This document shows positions 20,551 to 29,283 of a stretch of DNA of 64,000 nucleotides, piece after piece (positions within the stretch are counted from its first letter, which is position 1; each line of letters begins with the position of its first letter). Under the pieces are notes generated by a model, which saw only the letters and a list, made by a program, of their open reading frames with translations, was not told the DNA's origin and did no database searches. The stretch lies in assembly GCA_000002435.2 (NCBI GenBank), contig CM018790.1; one strand, 5' to 3'. The position numbers and the translations under genes were made by a program. The stretch comes from Giardia intestinalis. Lineage: Eukaryota.

Positions 20551-20557
20551 TAGTAAA
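20551..20557 (+). promoter_or_regulatory. putative polyadenylation signal AGTAAAC (Giardia AGTRAAY class) for the VSP gene
   Basis: Sequence match 20 nt after the VSP stop codon. Confidence 0.5.
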
Positions 20558-20826
20558 CGCGTTCACGTGCTGCGTCGCGGACCCAGGAGCCCTTATCAGT
20601 ATTACCGTTTGCTCATTGGCGCTGTTGAGTTATTTTGGTCCGCCTCTATGTCAGATGTGGCCAAGAAAGAACAGATGCTCTTCGCCTCGTAAAGCAGTCA
20701 CCAATGCAATATGCATGATACAGTAGCAAGGACGGGCTTATATTCACAATAATACGTAGTAAGCAGTGGGCGGTATTACTTGCCAGCATTTTCTTTCGTT
20801 GAGTAAATCTTCGTTCAACTTCAAAA

Positions 20827-22530
20827 ATGGATCCCAGTTACTCCAGTTATTCCACTTATTCCAGCTACTCCAGCTACTCTAGCTATTCCTATAGCTTTGT
20901 AGATGATCAGGATGACTATCCAAATCCGGTGACTACAGCCACTCAGCCCTTTCATGTTGCATCGTCTCCTCAAGCGCATTACATTGCTCCAGCGCCTGAG
21001 AGTCCCAAGAGGGAAGACAAGAAGACATCCCCGCTTGCTGAGAAATTGTCGCCAAAACAGAAGAGGACTAGCCCTGGTAAGAGTGGATTTGAGTTCGATA
21101 CTAACTCTCTCAATTTCTTCTCAGCCCAAACGGCGGCGGCCGTTTCTGCGGCTGTTTCTGCAGCGATAAATCACCAGATCAACCAGAATATACTATTAGC
21201 ACCTTCAACATCGGCAGTAGCGCAGCCTCCCCCGATCTTGTCGCAACAGGCCTCTGTCGACACAGCCCCTGACACAGCTCACCAAGAACAATCATTACCA
21301 GATGCTGCTCAGCCGCCCACCACCGTCGATTCCGGGGAGAAGGCAGTGGACACATACACTATCTATTCCCCAAATCGCGCTAAGAATGCAACGTCAGAAG
21401 ACTTCGTACTTATTTCACCAGCGCAGTCGCGCCACGTCCTACGTCAGGCAGCTAAAGAGCAATCATCACCATCTGAAAACTCAATTGAGAAGACAAACCT
21501 CGCTTTGGCAGAGTTGAAAGATAAGTATATGTCGCTTTCCGCCGAATTCAGAGACTACAAGCTCAAGAAGGAGAGTGAAATTAAGGATCTGATGGCACAT
21601 GAAGCAGAGTTGCGGCAAGAGGCCCGTATTTATCAACGTGATCTACAAAAGTTAGAAAAGGATTATGCTTCAGTGATAGCAAAATTGGCCGACAAAGAAG
21701 ACAAGATTGTAGAGCTGAAGGGTGCCCTGAAGAAACTGGAGAGTACGCTCCAGCAAAAACCCCCTTTTGACATGGCTCCATCTAGAGAACAACCCACTCA
21801 GCAAGGATACAATAGAAAAGAAGTGTCTCAGCAGAAGGAAAACTATTCTCCCCCCGTGGCCCAATCCGCTGCAGTGCCTTACAAGCCAGTTGATAGCATA
21901 AGCAAAATTTTCGGTCCCACTTATGCTGAGAGTAACCCGGTAGATTCAGTCAAGCACAACCCGGCTGGTAAGGAGCCAGACCACACATTAGAACCAAAAG
22001 CATCTCATCATCCTCCAGATCCTCCCCTGGCTACTTCCAACGATGTTCCGATCATGTCCTTTGAGGAATTCCTGAGGCAACGAGCACGCAATGCTGCAAT
22101 AGAAGAGCTACAGCAGCGCGACACACAGGCCAAGAGGGCCATGGATGCCAAGATAGCTTCTCTGCAGGAACAGCTAGGATCTCTACTTACTGACGCGCAA
22201 CCCGATCATGCTACTGCACAACCTGAGGCGACATTTAGTGAAGGCGGAGAGAAGGCGTCTCACACCAAGACGACTTTCACGCTAGAGGATGTGGACAAGA
22301 CAGATCCTAATTACAAGCTGCTACAGACCATGGAGACAGACTACACAGCTATGTGTCAGCAGTTGATGCTTAATCGTGATGAGCTAGCTAATCTTGAAAA
22401 CCGCAGTGGAAAGCGCACACACAAAGAAATGATGCGCATGCGGTTTCTTGAGGCGCAGATAAGCAAACTGGATAGCGAGGCAAACCAGCTCCGCTCCAGG
22501 CTGCGAGCATTGGCCAAAGCTAAAAATTGA
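20827..22530 (+). CDS. hypothetical protein (567 aa): N-terminal Ser-Tyr repeat, Q/A/P-rich middle, C-terminal coiled coil
   Basis: ATG at 20827 verified, after cttcgttcaacttcaaaaATG. N-terminus MDPSYSSYSTYSSYSSYSSYSYS is encoded by a 9-bp tandem repeat. The C-terminal ~250 aa are heptad-rich. Confidence 0.7.
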   Translation: MDPSYSSYSTYSSYSSYSSYSYSFVDDQDDYPNPVTTATQPFHVASSPQAHYIAPAPESPKREDKKTSPLAEKLSPKQKRTSPGKSGFEFDTNSLNFFSAQTAAAVSAAVSAAINHQINQNILLAPSTSAVAQPPPILSQQASVDTAPDTAHQEQSLPDAAQPPTTVDSGEKAVDTYTIYSPNRAKNATSEDFVLISPAQSRHVLRQAAKEQSSPSENSIEKTNLALAELKDKYMSLSAEFRDYKLKKESEIKDLMAHEAELRQEARIYQRDLQKLEKDYASVIAKLADKEDKIVELKGALKKLESTLQQKPPFDMAPSREQPTQQGYNRKEVSQQKENYSPPVAQSAAVPYKPVDSISKIFGPTYAESNPVDSVKHNPAGKEPDHTLEPKASHHPPDPPLATSNDVPIMSFEEFLRQRARNAAIEELQQRDTQAKRAMDAKIASLQEQLGSLLTDAQPDHATAQPEATFSEGGEKASHTKTTFTLEDVDKTDPNYKLLQTMETDYTAMCQQLMLNRDELANLENRSGKRTHKEMMRMRFLEAQISKLDSEANQLRSRLRALAKAKN

Positions 22531-22531
22531 G

Positions 22532-23851
22532 ATGAGCTCCCAGGATGGCGTTACCACCGACAATCAAAATACTCTGACACTATCAACTCATCACATCACT
22601 CACGCACATGATCATGCTGACATTGCCTTGACTCGATACCAATCGTTTGTCGATATGTTAGACCACCCGATGAACTATCAGTCCGTGAACCCCGGCTCCT
22701 ACTCGGGCTATCATCATCGACAGATGCAGTTTATGGCTGTGAAGATGATGCGGAGCCAACAGGAAAGAGAGCGAAACGTTCAACGGAAACTTGGAATAGG
22801 CATAGAGCTGCTCACTGACGTGGATTTGGCAGCTATTCAAGGTTTTCAGAAGGAAGCCAGAGAGGCGATGCTGGATTACAAGAGGCAGCTCGATTCTCGG
22901 CCCGCATTTACGTCCGAATATTTTCCAGAGGTACCGGCAGGATGGAGCGGCAACTCCAAGCAGCCAGATAGAGTTGTAGTCTCTGCAGATTGTGTAGAAA
23001 AGCGAGCAGATGCACAGTCATCCGTTGTGCTGACCAAAACTATCGAGGCTCGGCCCTTTCAGCGGCAAGACCCATCTTATCTGAACAGTGCGGAGCGAAA
23101 GCTTCTCGCAAAAAAGCAAGCAGAGCATAACGCAGCACAGGCGGCACAAGACGCGAACCAGTCTAAGAACAAGAAGCCTCCCCAGTCTGCTCCAAAAGAC
23201 ACTTTAAAGCAAGTGACCCTCTCCCCTGATGAACGAATCTCTGAGGAACCAGAGCCCCTTGTGCGAGACACTTCTGGCTTCACGCCCACGCCACAGTCTC
23301 TTATTGTGCAGAGAATGGATAATTTGCAACGATTGCGTAACGCAGTGAATATAGTTGTCATGCGGAACAGGGCACAAAGAGCTTTGCGCCAGATACAAAG
23401 TGCTTACGCAGAATTTCTGCCCATATATCTGCGCAATAATCAGCAACTTCGGGATAAATCGGCAATCTCTTCTACCTCTCAGCAGAGACGGCTTGTGGGG
23501 CTGACACTGGAAAAGAAATGCCCAGAAAATGTCGCACAAGCATACCACGAGCTTCTTTCATTAGTTGATAGACACAGCAATCAAGCTGAGGGCCAAAACG
23601 ACACAGAGCATCCTGTCTTGACCTTTAACACATGCTTAACGTTTCGCCCACCCCCAATGACAGTTCTGTCTTCAGTTTCGTTGGCGAACACTGACAAGTC
23701 TGATTTGCAAATGGGTCCTTCTATGAGTAGAAGTATTCCAGAACTACTTTTCTATCGTTTTAGTTCCACAAAAGGATGTAATGACAAGCTCCACGTAGAT
23801 GGAAAGGCAGTAAGAGAAGAACAGATCTCTATCATCCTCGACTTCATCTAA
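22532..23851 (+). CDS. hypothetical protein (439 aa)
   Basis: ATG at 22532-22534 lies 1 nt after the TGA of the upstream gene, in a different frame (…aaaaatTGAgATGagc). No recognisable domain. Confidence 0.6.
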   Translation: MSSQDGVTTDNQNTLTLSTHHITHAHDHADIALTRYQSFVDMLDHPMNYQSVNPGSYSGYHHRQMQFMAVKMMRSQQERERNVQRKLGIGIELLTDVDLAAIQGFQKEAREAMLDYKRQLDSRPAFTSEYFPEVPAGWSGNSKQPDRVVVSADCVEKRADAQSSVVLTKTIEARPFQRQDPSYLNSAERKLLAKKQAEHNAAQAAQDANQSKNKKPPQSAPKDTLKQVTLSPDERISEEPEPLVRDTSGFTPTPQSLIVQRMDNLQRLRNAVNIVVMRNRAQRALRQIQSAYAEFLPIYLRNNQQLRDKSAISSTSQQRRLVGLTLEKKCPENVAQAYHELLSLVDRHSNQAEGQNDTEHPVLTFNTCLTFRPPPMTVLSSVSLANTDKSDLQMGPSMSRSIPELLFYRFSSTKGCNDKLHVDGKAVREEQISIILDFI

Positions 23852-24014
23852 CACCTGTGGATCTTCGCGGGACACCCCTGCAGGCTCACAATCCGTGTCT
23901 CCAAGCGTTTACTCGGTTCAAGCAAGAAGAGGTTGTCCACCCACAGCGCAAGCCGCGGGATAGTGAACTATATTGTATCTCACTGAAGAGCCAGCGTCTA
24001 AGAGCAAGCAAGGA

Positions 24015-24959
24015 TCACAGCTTCTTTTCCGGCAGAGCAACCCCGCCAAGGATGGCCTTGTTCGACTCCTTTTTGTCATTAGATGGATCCTCCATTCCTA
24101 GCAATTTTGTCTTCTGCAGAGTTGGGTCGTCGGCAGGGGCCTTATCGTCACTATCGGAGTTTTCGGCAACATCGTCCATCGGGTTCTTCTCCTGCTGGAG
24201 CCCAGATGTCGCATTGCCCTTTGCATTTATTGTCTTGCCAAGGATGTCCGCAACATCCTTCACAGAGGAGAGCGCAAATGTATTTAGAGTAGACATCGGA
24301 GAGCAGAGGTAGGCCTCCCGAAGCGCTGCATCCTCGTACTTCGCAGTAATATAGTTCCTGTAGCGACTATAATGCTGTTGAGACACCACAAGGTCGTACT
24401 TCACGAGCTTTAGGAAGGAGTGTTCTGCCCTGGCCAGCACGTTCTGCGGTATGTTCACAACCCTTGCATAGTCCTTGAGAGAATAATGGAAGTCATCGTA
24501 CATCTTCTGCACTGTGATGAGGCACATGACGGTGACCAGCAGCCAGTTCTGCCGGGTAACAACTATGCCGCTCGCATCAACGATTCTGTCGAGATAGACC
24601 AGGGCGCCGACCAGAGCCTCGTTGCGCATGCGTGTCCTGTATGCAAAGTTGTGGACAAACTTCTTAATGCGTGCCTGCACAATGTCAAGAGTTGTCTGCG
24701 TAAACTCTGCCGTGTTCGCGGTCAGAGAAAGCTCCGGGTCCGGCATCATGAAGAAGGATATCATCTTTGGGCAGCGGTACTGTGGCTGGTTCGGGTGGAT
24801 CGATCTGAGATACTGCTCGTTCTGCTGGATAACGCGCGCAAAGATGACTGCGACTGCGTCGACTGTTTTGTTTGGATGGGGAGACGTCGGCGAGTCGAGG
24901 GGGAGCATGTAGTTGTTCTTATGGTTTGGGATGTCGAAGTTGAGCGCCGGAACAGCCAT
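24015..24959 (-). CDS. PHO80-like (cyclin U/P family) cyclin
   Basis: ATG at 24957-24959 verified. The cyclin-box region …ALVGALVYLDRIVD…TRQNWLLVTVMCLITVQKMYDDFHYSLKDYARV matches the PHO80/PCL consensus (…YLDR… / …HRLLITxVMVAAKFxDD…). Acidic low-complexity C-terminal tail. Confidence 0.7.
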   Translation of the reverse strand: MAVPALNFDIPNHKNNYMLPLDSPTSPHPNKTVDAVAVIFARVIQQNEQYLRSIHPNQPQYRCPKMISFFMMPDPELSLTANTAEFTQTTLDIVQARIKKFVHNFAYRTRMRNEALVGALVYLDRIVDASGIVVTRQNWLLVTVMCLITVQKMYDDFHYSLKDYARVVNIPQNVLARAEHSFLKLVKYDLVVSQQHYSRYRNYITAKYEDAALREAYLCSPMSTLNTFALSSVKDVADILGKTINAKGNATSGLQQEKNPMDDVAENSDSDDKAPADDPTLQKTKLLGMEDPSNDKKESNKAILGGVALPEKKL

Positions 24960-25140
24960 GGATGTCTCACGATACCTTGCTGGAGTAAATTTTATCTTTT
25001 AAGCTGGCAAATTTCTCTAAAGTTTATAAAGTTTCGGTGGGATCTTTTAAGATTTCATGTCTTATGACAATCTTTCATTTCATTATAACACATAAAAATC
25101 TCACTCGTCTTCAGTTACCTGCTTTTATCCCAGTGGCGCC

Positions 25141-28095
25141 ATGCTAGTCGATCTTGACATGCTACTTGTGGCGGAGTTTTGCCAAATACAAGGCCCCACT
25201 GTAATAAGCTCTCTTCCAGACTACCCGTGCATATCCGGCTATACCTACAGAGAGACAGAGCGAATCATCTCTACACTCTTGCTTAAAGTTATGAGCATGA
25301 ACTATCCAGCCGACCTGGACCAGAACCCGCTACCTCACATGTACAATGCTGACTCCTACGTAAGTGTCTCCTACCCTCTACTCTCTCTGGTGGACCAGAC
25401 AGATCCAGATTTCTTTCCGGATCACCATCAGCTGGAGCAGAGAATCATACACATTCTTCACCTCTCTACATTTTTACCAGATATCAGTGCCAGAGGATAT
25501 GTTAGAAAGCTCAGCCTCCTGTATCTGTCTTTCGACCCTAAGAAACTGGACCACATGCGCTTTAATATTTTATTTGCTCTGAACGAAGCCCTCGCACTGT
25601 TAAAGTATGCTGCTACAATCAGCACCAAAATAGATCTGGCGCGGTATATAGTTGGCCTGAACAAATCTATCTCTGATCTGGACCGTGTCGGCAAGATTGT
25701 CGCTAATGTACAATTAAATGAAAAAACGCTGAAATCCCGTCTTTCAGATGAGGGGTTTCCCGATGGTTTTATTTCATCTGTGCTATTTTACTCATCACAC
25801 AGCGCTCTTACAGATATGATATCATCCCTGAAGGGATTTCGCAAGGAGGCCATCACAAGATTCACCCTACTTCGGTCAAAAACGCTTCCTTCTGTAATCA
25901 TTGCAGCGTTAAATCCCCAACACGCTAAGTACTTTTCCCGCCCCTATTTACAACTATTTGACCAAAGAGAAGTAGCAAAGCTCATGCTAGAAACTCTTGT
26001 CCTCAGCGAGGATACAACTAGTGAAGATGTGGACGCCGTCTATTCACCCTATCTCACACGGACCATCGCCAGTATTCTTGAGCACTCTCCACACTTGGTC
26101 TTGTGTAATTCTCACGATCTCTATGTTACTGCCAAGCAGCCACTTAGACGACTTGAAGAGTACTTGAGCCCCCCTTTTCTAGCCTTATTCAAGGAGATCA
26201 TAGAGAAAATCTATGGGTTCTATCGGTTATCTCTCATTGACATTTTAACCACAGAACAGTGCCAGAACTCGCCAGTAGTTCTTAAGTTTGGAGAGGTGTT
26301 TCTGTTCCCTGCCGGTGAGCTGGAGGATTCCCTTGTTCTTCCAAGGAGCTCGTTGCACAACAATGCCAACATTCTGATGGATAGTTACATTGACAGCCTC
26401 CCGTCTCAATTTAACTCCCTCACTAAGCCGACGCGCTTCCTCTATACCCCAAATGTGTGTGCAGATACCTATAGTACTCTGTTGATGACCAAATGGCTCT
26501 TCCTGCATCAGTATAATCCAGACCTTGTACTGAGCTCCATAGCATGGAAGGATCTAGCTAGAGAAGCAGACCTAACTCGAAGTCTACTGGATGATCTCCG
26601 CAGGCCATGTATCCACACATTTATGCACTATAATCACGAGTCAAAGATAGGGCACCTTCTTTTCTTTCTTTATGTGCTGCTGTCGCCCCGTATCTTCAAT
26701 AACACGTGCACGTCTCTTTTGCAAGGCAAACTTCTTGTGGTACTTTGCAACAAGCTCATTGTTGCACAGATATTAGTATCTGCACTATCGGTTTTTTCTG
26801 CAGAAATACTTGTTCAGCCTGTCGCCACGAGAGGAAGCAACCCTTATATCCACAAGGAGCGTGAGTCTATAGATTGCTTAAAAATTTCAGTTGAATTGTT
26901 CCGAGACTTATCCAGTTTCAAAGAGTATTGCTTATCAATTTCTAAGCGCAGAGGAGCCAAGCGGGCTGCAATAGTGGTGTTCTGCAATGATGCGTACATA
27001 CCGTTTTCCGCGGGTGCCTCATTCTCTTCACGAAGTCGCATGACTGTGAATACTTTGACTGGAGCAGACTCACTCATAGATGCTCCCTCTCATCTTCCTT
27101 CTCACCCTTCATCATCGCTGCCCACTCAAGTGAGTAGACTGACCAATGACCCTACCCATGACTGTCGGGGTCATGACCTCTATCTTCAGGACCTAGCAAC
27201 CAGCTCCACAAATCCAGCCATGAAAGCTGCTCATCCCAGACACCCCCCGATTGAAGCAGGAACTAAAACGGTTGGTCCGTCGCAGAGCATTTTTGCAGAT
27301 GCCTCTGCCTTTGTAGAGACAGAGAATTCAGAGTACTCTTCAAAGGATTCAGTAGACTTCTTTGATGATTTGTTTGAGAAGCTATTTATTGATAAAGAAG
27401 ACGAGCTTTGCGCTGCGCTTTTAGCAACAGGCGACGTAAAGGGACTCATGATTCTGGACAGCCAAATTAGATATTGGCCGAATGAAAAGATCAATTGTTC
27501 CGTTGTAAGGTCTATCACTGTGTACTTCCCAGGAAAAGGAGATCGTAATGCTGCAAGCAAGGTAGGTGTCAGTACTGATTTTATTTCGCGCAGATTGCAG
27601 AACGGTCTGTCCAAATTTTTCAGTCCTTTTCTTTCAGGACGGCACCAGAGCCAGAAGAGCTTGAACAAACAACCAGGCACAACCAGTCACGACACCGGAA
27701 TCTCAGAGAGCAGACACGACGATGAGACTGAAGCAGTCAGTCCCCGATTGCAAATGACAGATGCTGGCGCATCGCAAAGAGCACAAATGCGGATAAAAAG
27801 CGGGGATGAGCGGATTCTACCACGATTCAAGGCTGCATTCATGCAAGTAGATGGAGCAAGTCCTGAAGATATTGAACGTGTGTGGAATTCCGATCACTAT
27901 TCTAGGAATGATGGCGAACTATTCATAGAGCCTCCCTCAATGATATCGTCAATTGGCGACTTTCAGGCTATGCCAACTCTTTCTGTTAATAGCGGCCGTA
28001 ATAGAGCGATTGACGACCAGACAATATACAGAAATAATCTAGATTTACAAAGAATTATGATAGACACAGGTATTGACCCTATTGACTACACATAA
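25141..28095 (+). CDS. large hypothetical protein (984 aa) with an N-terminal folliculin/SMCR8-like longin (uDENN-like) signature. The family assignment is tentative.
   Basis: ATG at 25141 verified. N-terminus MLVDLDMLLVAEFCQIQGPTVIS resembles the motif that opens the longin domain of FLCN (ALCHFCELHGP) and SMCR8 (ILISEFSEQVGP). The rest of the protein is not assignable by eye. Confidence 0.7.
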   Translation: MLVDLDMLLVAEFCQIQGPTVISSLPDYPCISGYTYRETERIISTLLLKVMSMNYPADLDQNPLPHMYNADSYVSVSYPLLSLVDQTDPDFFPDHHQLEQRIIHILHLSTFLPDISARGYVRKLSLLYLSFDPKKLDHMRFNILFALNEALALLKYAATISTKIDLARYIVGLNKSISDLDRVGKIVANVQLNEKTLKSRLSDEGFPDGFISSVLFYSSHSALTDMISSLKGFRKEAITRFTLLRSKTLPSVIIAALNPQHAKYFSRPYLQLFDQREVAKLMLETLVLSEDTTSEDVDAVYSPYLTRTIASILEHSPHLVLCNSHDLYVTAKQPLRRLEEYLSPPFLALFKEIIEKIYGFYRLSLIDILTTEQCQNSPVVLKFGEVFLFPAGELEDSLVLPRSSLHNNANILMDSYIDSLPSQFNSLTKPTRFLYTPNVCADTYSTLLMTKWLFLHQYNPDLVLSSIAWKDLAREADLTRSLLDDLRRPCIHTFMHYNHESKIGHLLFFLYVLLSPRIFNNTCTSLLQGKLLVVLCNKLIVAQILVSALSVFSAEILVQPVATRGSNPYIHKERESIDCLKISVELFRDLSSFKEYCLSISKRRGAKRAAIVVFCNDAYIPFSAGASFSSRSRMTVNTLTGADSLIDAPSHLPSHPSSSLPTQVSRLTNDPTHDCRGHDLYLQDLATSSTNPAMKAAHPRHPPIEAGTKTVGPSQSIFADASAFVETENSEYSSKDSVDFFDDLFEKLFIDKEDELCAALLATGDVKGLMILDSQIRYWPNEKINCSVVRSITVYFPGKGDRNAASKVGVSTDFISRRLQNGLSKFFSPFLSGRHQSQKSLNKQPGTTSHDTGISESRHDDETEAVSPRLQMTDAGASQRAQMRIKSGDERILPRFKAAFMQVDGASPEDIERVWNSDHYSRNDGELFIEPPSMISSIGDFQAMPTLSVNSGRNRAIDDQTIYRNNLDLQRIMIDTGIDPIDYT

Positions 28096-28109
28096 ACGCA
28101 CAGCCCATC

Positions 28110-29195
28110 CTATTTACTGACAAGCCTACTAAGGAGCTCCCGAAGATCCTCCCTAGAAGATCCCTTAAGATTATCGAGAGGAGGTAGAAGCACCTGGACC
28201 TCTATCAAGAGATCTCCGCGTCTACCTAGGCGATCACCCATGATAGGCATCCCTTCCCCTACCATCTTGATCACTTCCCCGGGCTGTGTTATATTATCTT
28301 TCTTCACTTCTATTGCGCGGTCGTCTAGGTGGATAATCCTTTTAGAGAATCCGAAGAAGGCCTCATATAAATTGATGACCAACTTGTACTTTAAATTATT
28401 TCCTTCTCGTGTAAATTTAGGATGTTTTCTTTCGCGAATAACATAAATGAGGTCTCCTGGAAGGTAGCGAAAGTCGAGCCCTTGGTCTCCCATGCCCTCG
28501 AAGACGAGCTGATGCCCATTCGGGGCCCCTGCGGGTATCTCCAGGAAAACGAAGTCTTCTGCGCTTTTAATTGTTGCTGCATGGCAAACGTGGCAGCTCT
28601 TCTGTATTATGCGACCCTCACCGCCACACTTCCAACAGTTATGTTGATACTGCTGATAATACCCATTTCCTAGATCATGGCGTTCTATCGTATACCCTCT
28701 TCCGTTACACCTGTCGCATATGGGATAGTCTGCATCCGAGTCTGCCCCTGTCCCGTGACAATGTGGGCATTTGATCTTGTGAGTGATTTTCTGATTCTGC
28801 GTCTTCCCAGAAAACAGAGTCTCTAGGCTTAAGCTCAGCTCTACAACTGTCGATTGCCCCTTTGGCTGCTGTCCACCGTGCCAATTGTTAAACATGGCTT
28901 GTTGTTGGTTAGGATTATTATTGCTTTCATGCTCTGTAAGGGCCTTTTCACCGCCTTTGTCGTATATTTTCCGCTTCTCATCGCTCGACAGAACCTCATA
29001 TGCCCGCGTGATGTCCTGGAAAGTCTTTGTACAGGCTGCCCGCTCTGACTCTTTACATCTGTCAGGATGCTTTGCTACTGACTGTTTGTGGTAGGCCTTC
29101 TTAAGTTCAGCAGCAGTTGCTGTCTTCGAGACCCCCAGAATAGCGTAGAAATCCCTCTCGTTAAGGATCAAAGCGAGAAGAAGGAACAAAATCAT
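28110..29195 (-). CDS. DnaJ/Hsp40 chaperone, class I/II with CxxCxGxG zinc finger, predicted ER-luminal (N-terminal signal peptide)
   Basis: The track start (GTG 29318) is rejected. ATG at 29193-29195 is verified and preceded by gaactacgtgaaaaaATG. The resulting N-terminus MILFLLLALILNE is a signal peptide. J domain: DFYAILGVSKTATAAELKKAYHKQSVAKHPDR. Four CxxCxGxG-type repeats (CPHCHGTGA, CDRCNGRG, CWKCGGEG, CHVCH). Confidence 0.9.
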   Translation of the reverse strand: MILFLLLALILNERDFYAILGVSKTATAAELKKAYHKQSVAKHPDRCKESERAACTKTFQDITRAYEVLSSDEKRKIYDKGGEKALTEHESNNNPNQQQAMFNNWHGGQQPKGQSTVVELSLSLETLFSGKTQNQKITHKIKCPHCHGTGADSDADYPICDRCNGRGYTIERHDLGNGYYQQYQHNCWKCGGEGRIIQKSCHVCHAATIKSAEDFVFLEIPAGAPNGHQLVFEGMGDQGLDFRYLPGDLIYVIRERKHPKFTREGNNLKYKLVINLYEAFFGFSKRIIHLDDRAIEVKKDNITQPGEVIKMVGEGMPIMGDRLGRRGDLLIEVQVLLPPLDNLKGSSREDLRELLSRLVSK

Positions 29196-29283
29196 TTTTT
29201 CACGTAGTTCACAAAATGACGTCAGACGTTTACGGAGAACACGGTTAAAAGAAAAAGGTGAACATAAAAGCACAAATAGCGAC

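Noticed and set aside
23857-24312. 151-aa + strand ORF overlapping the 3' half of the cyclin gene
   Set aside because: It overlaps a gene with a recognisable cyclin box on the other strand, has no initiator context, and has biased S/A/F composition typical of antisense frames.
29217-29224. CRE-like palindrome TGACGTCA upstream of the DnaJ gene
   Set aside because: An 8-bp palindrome is expected by chance many times in 64 kb, and Giardia is not known to use CREB-type regulation.
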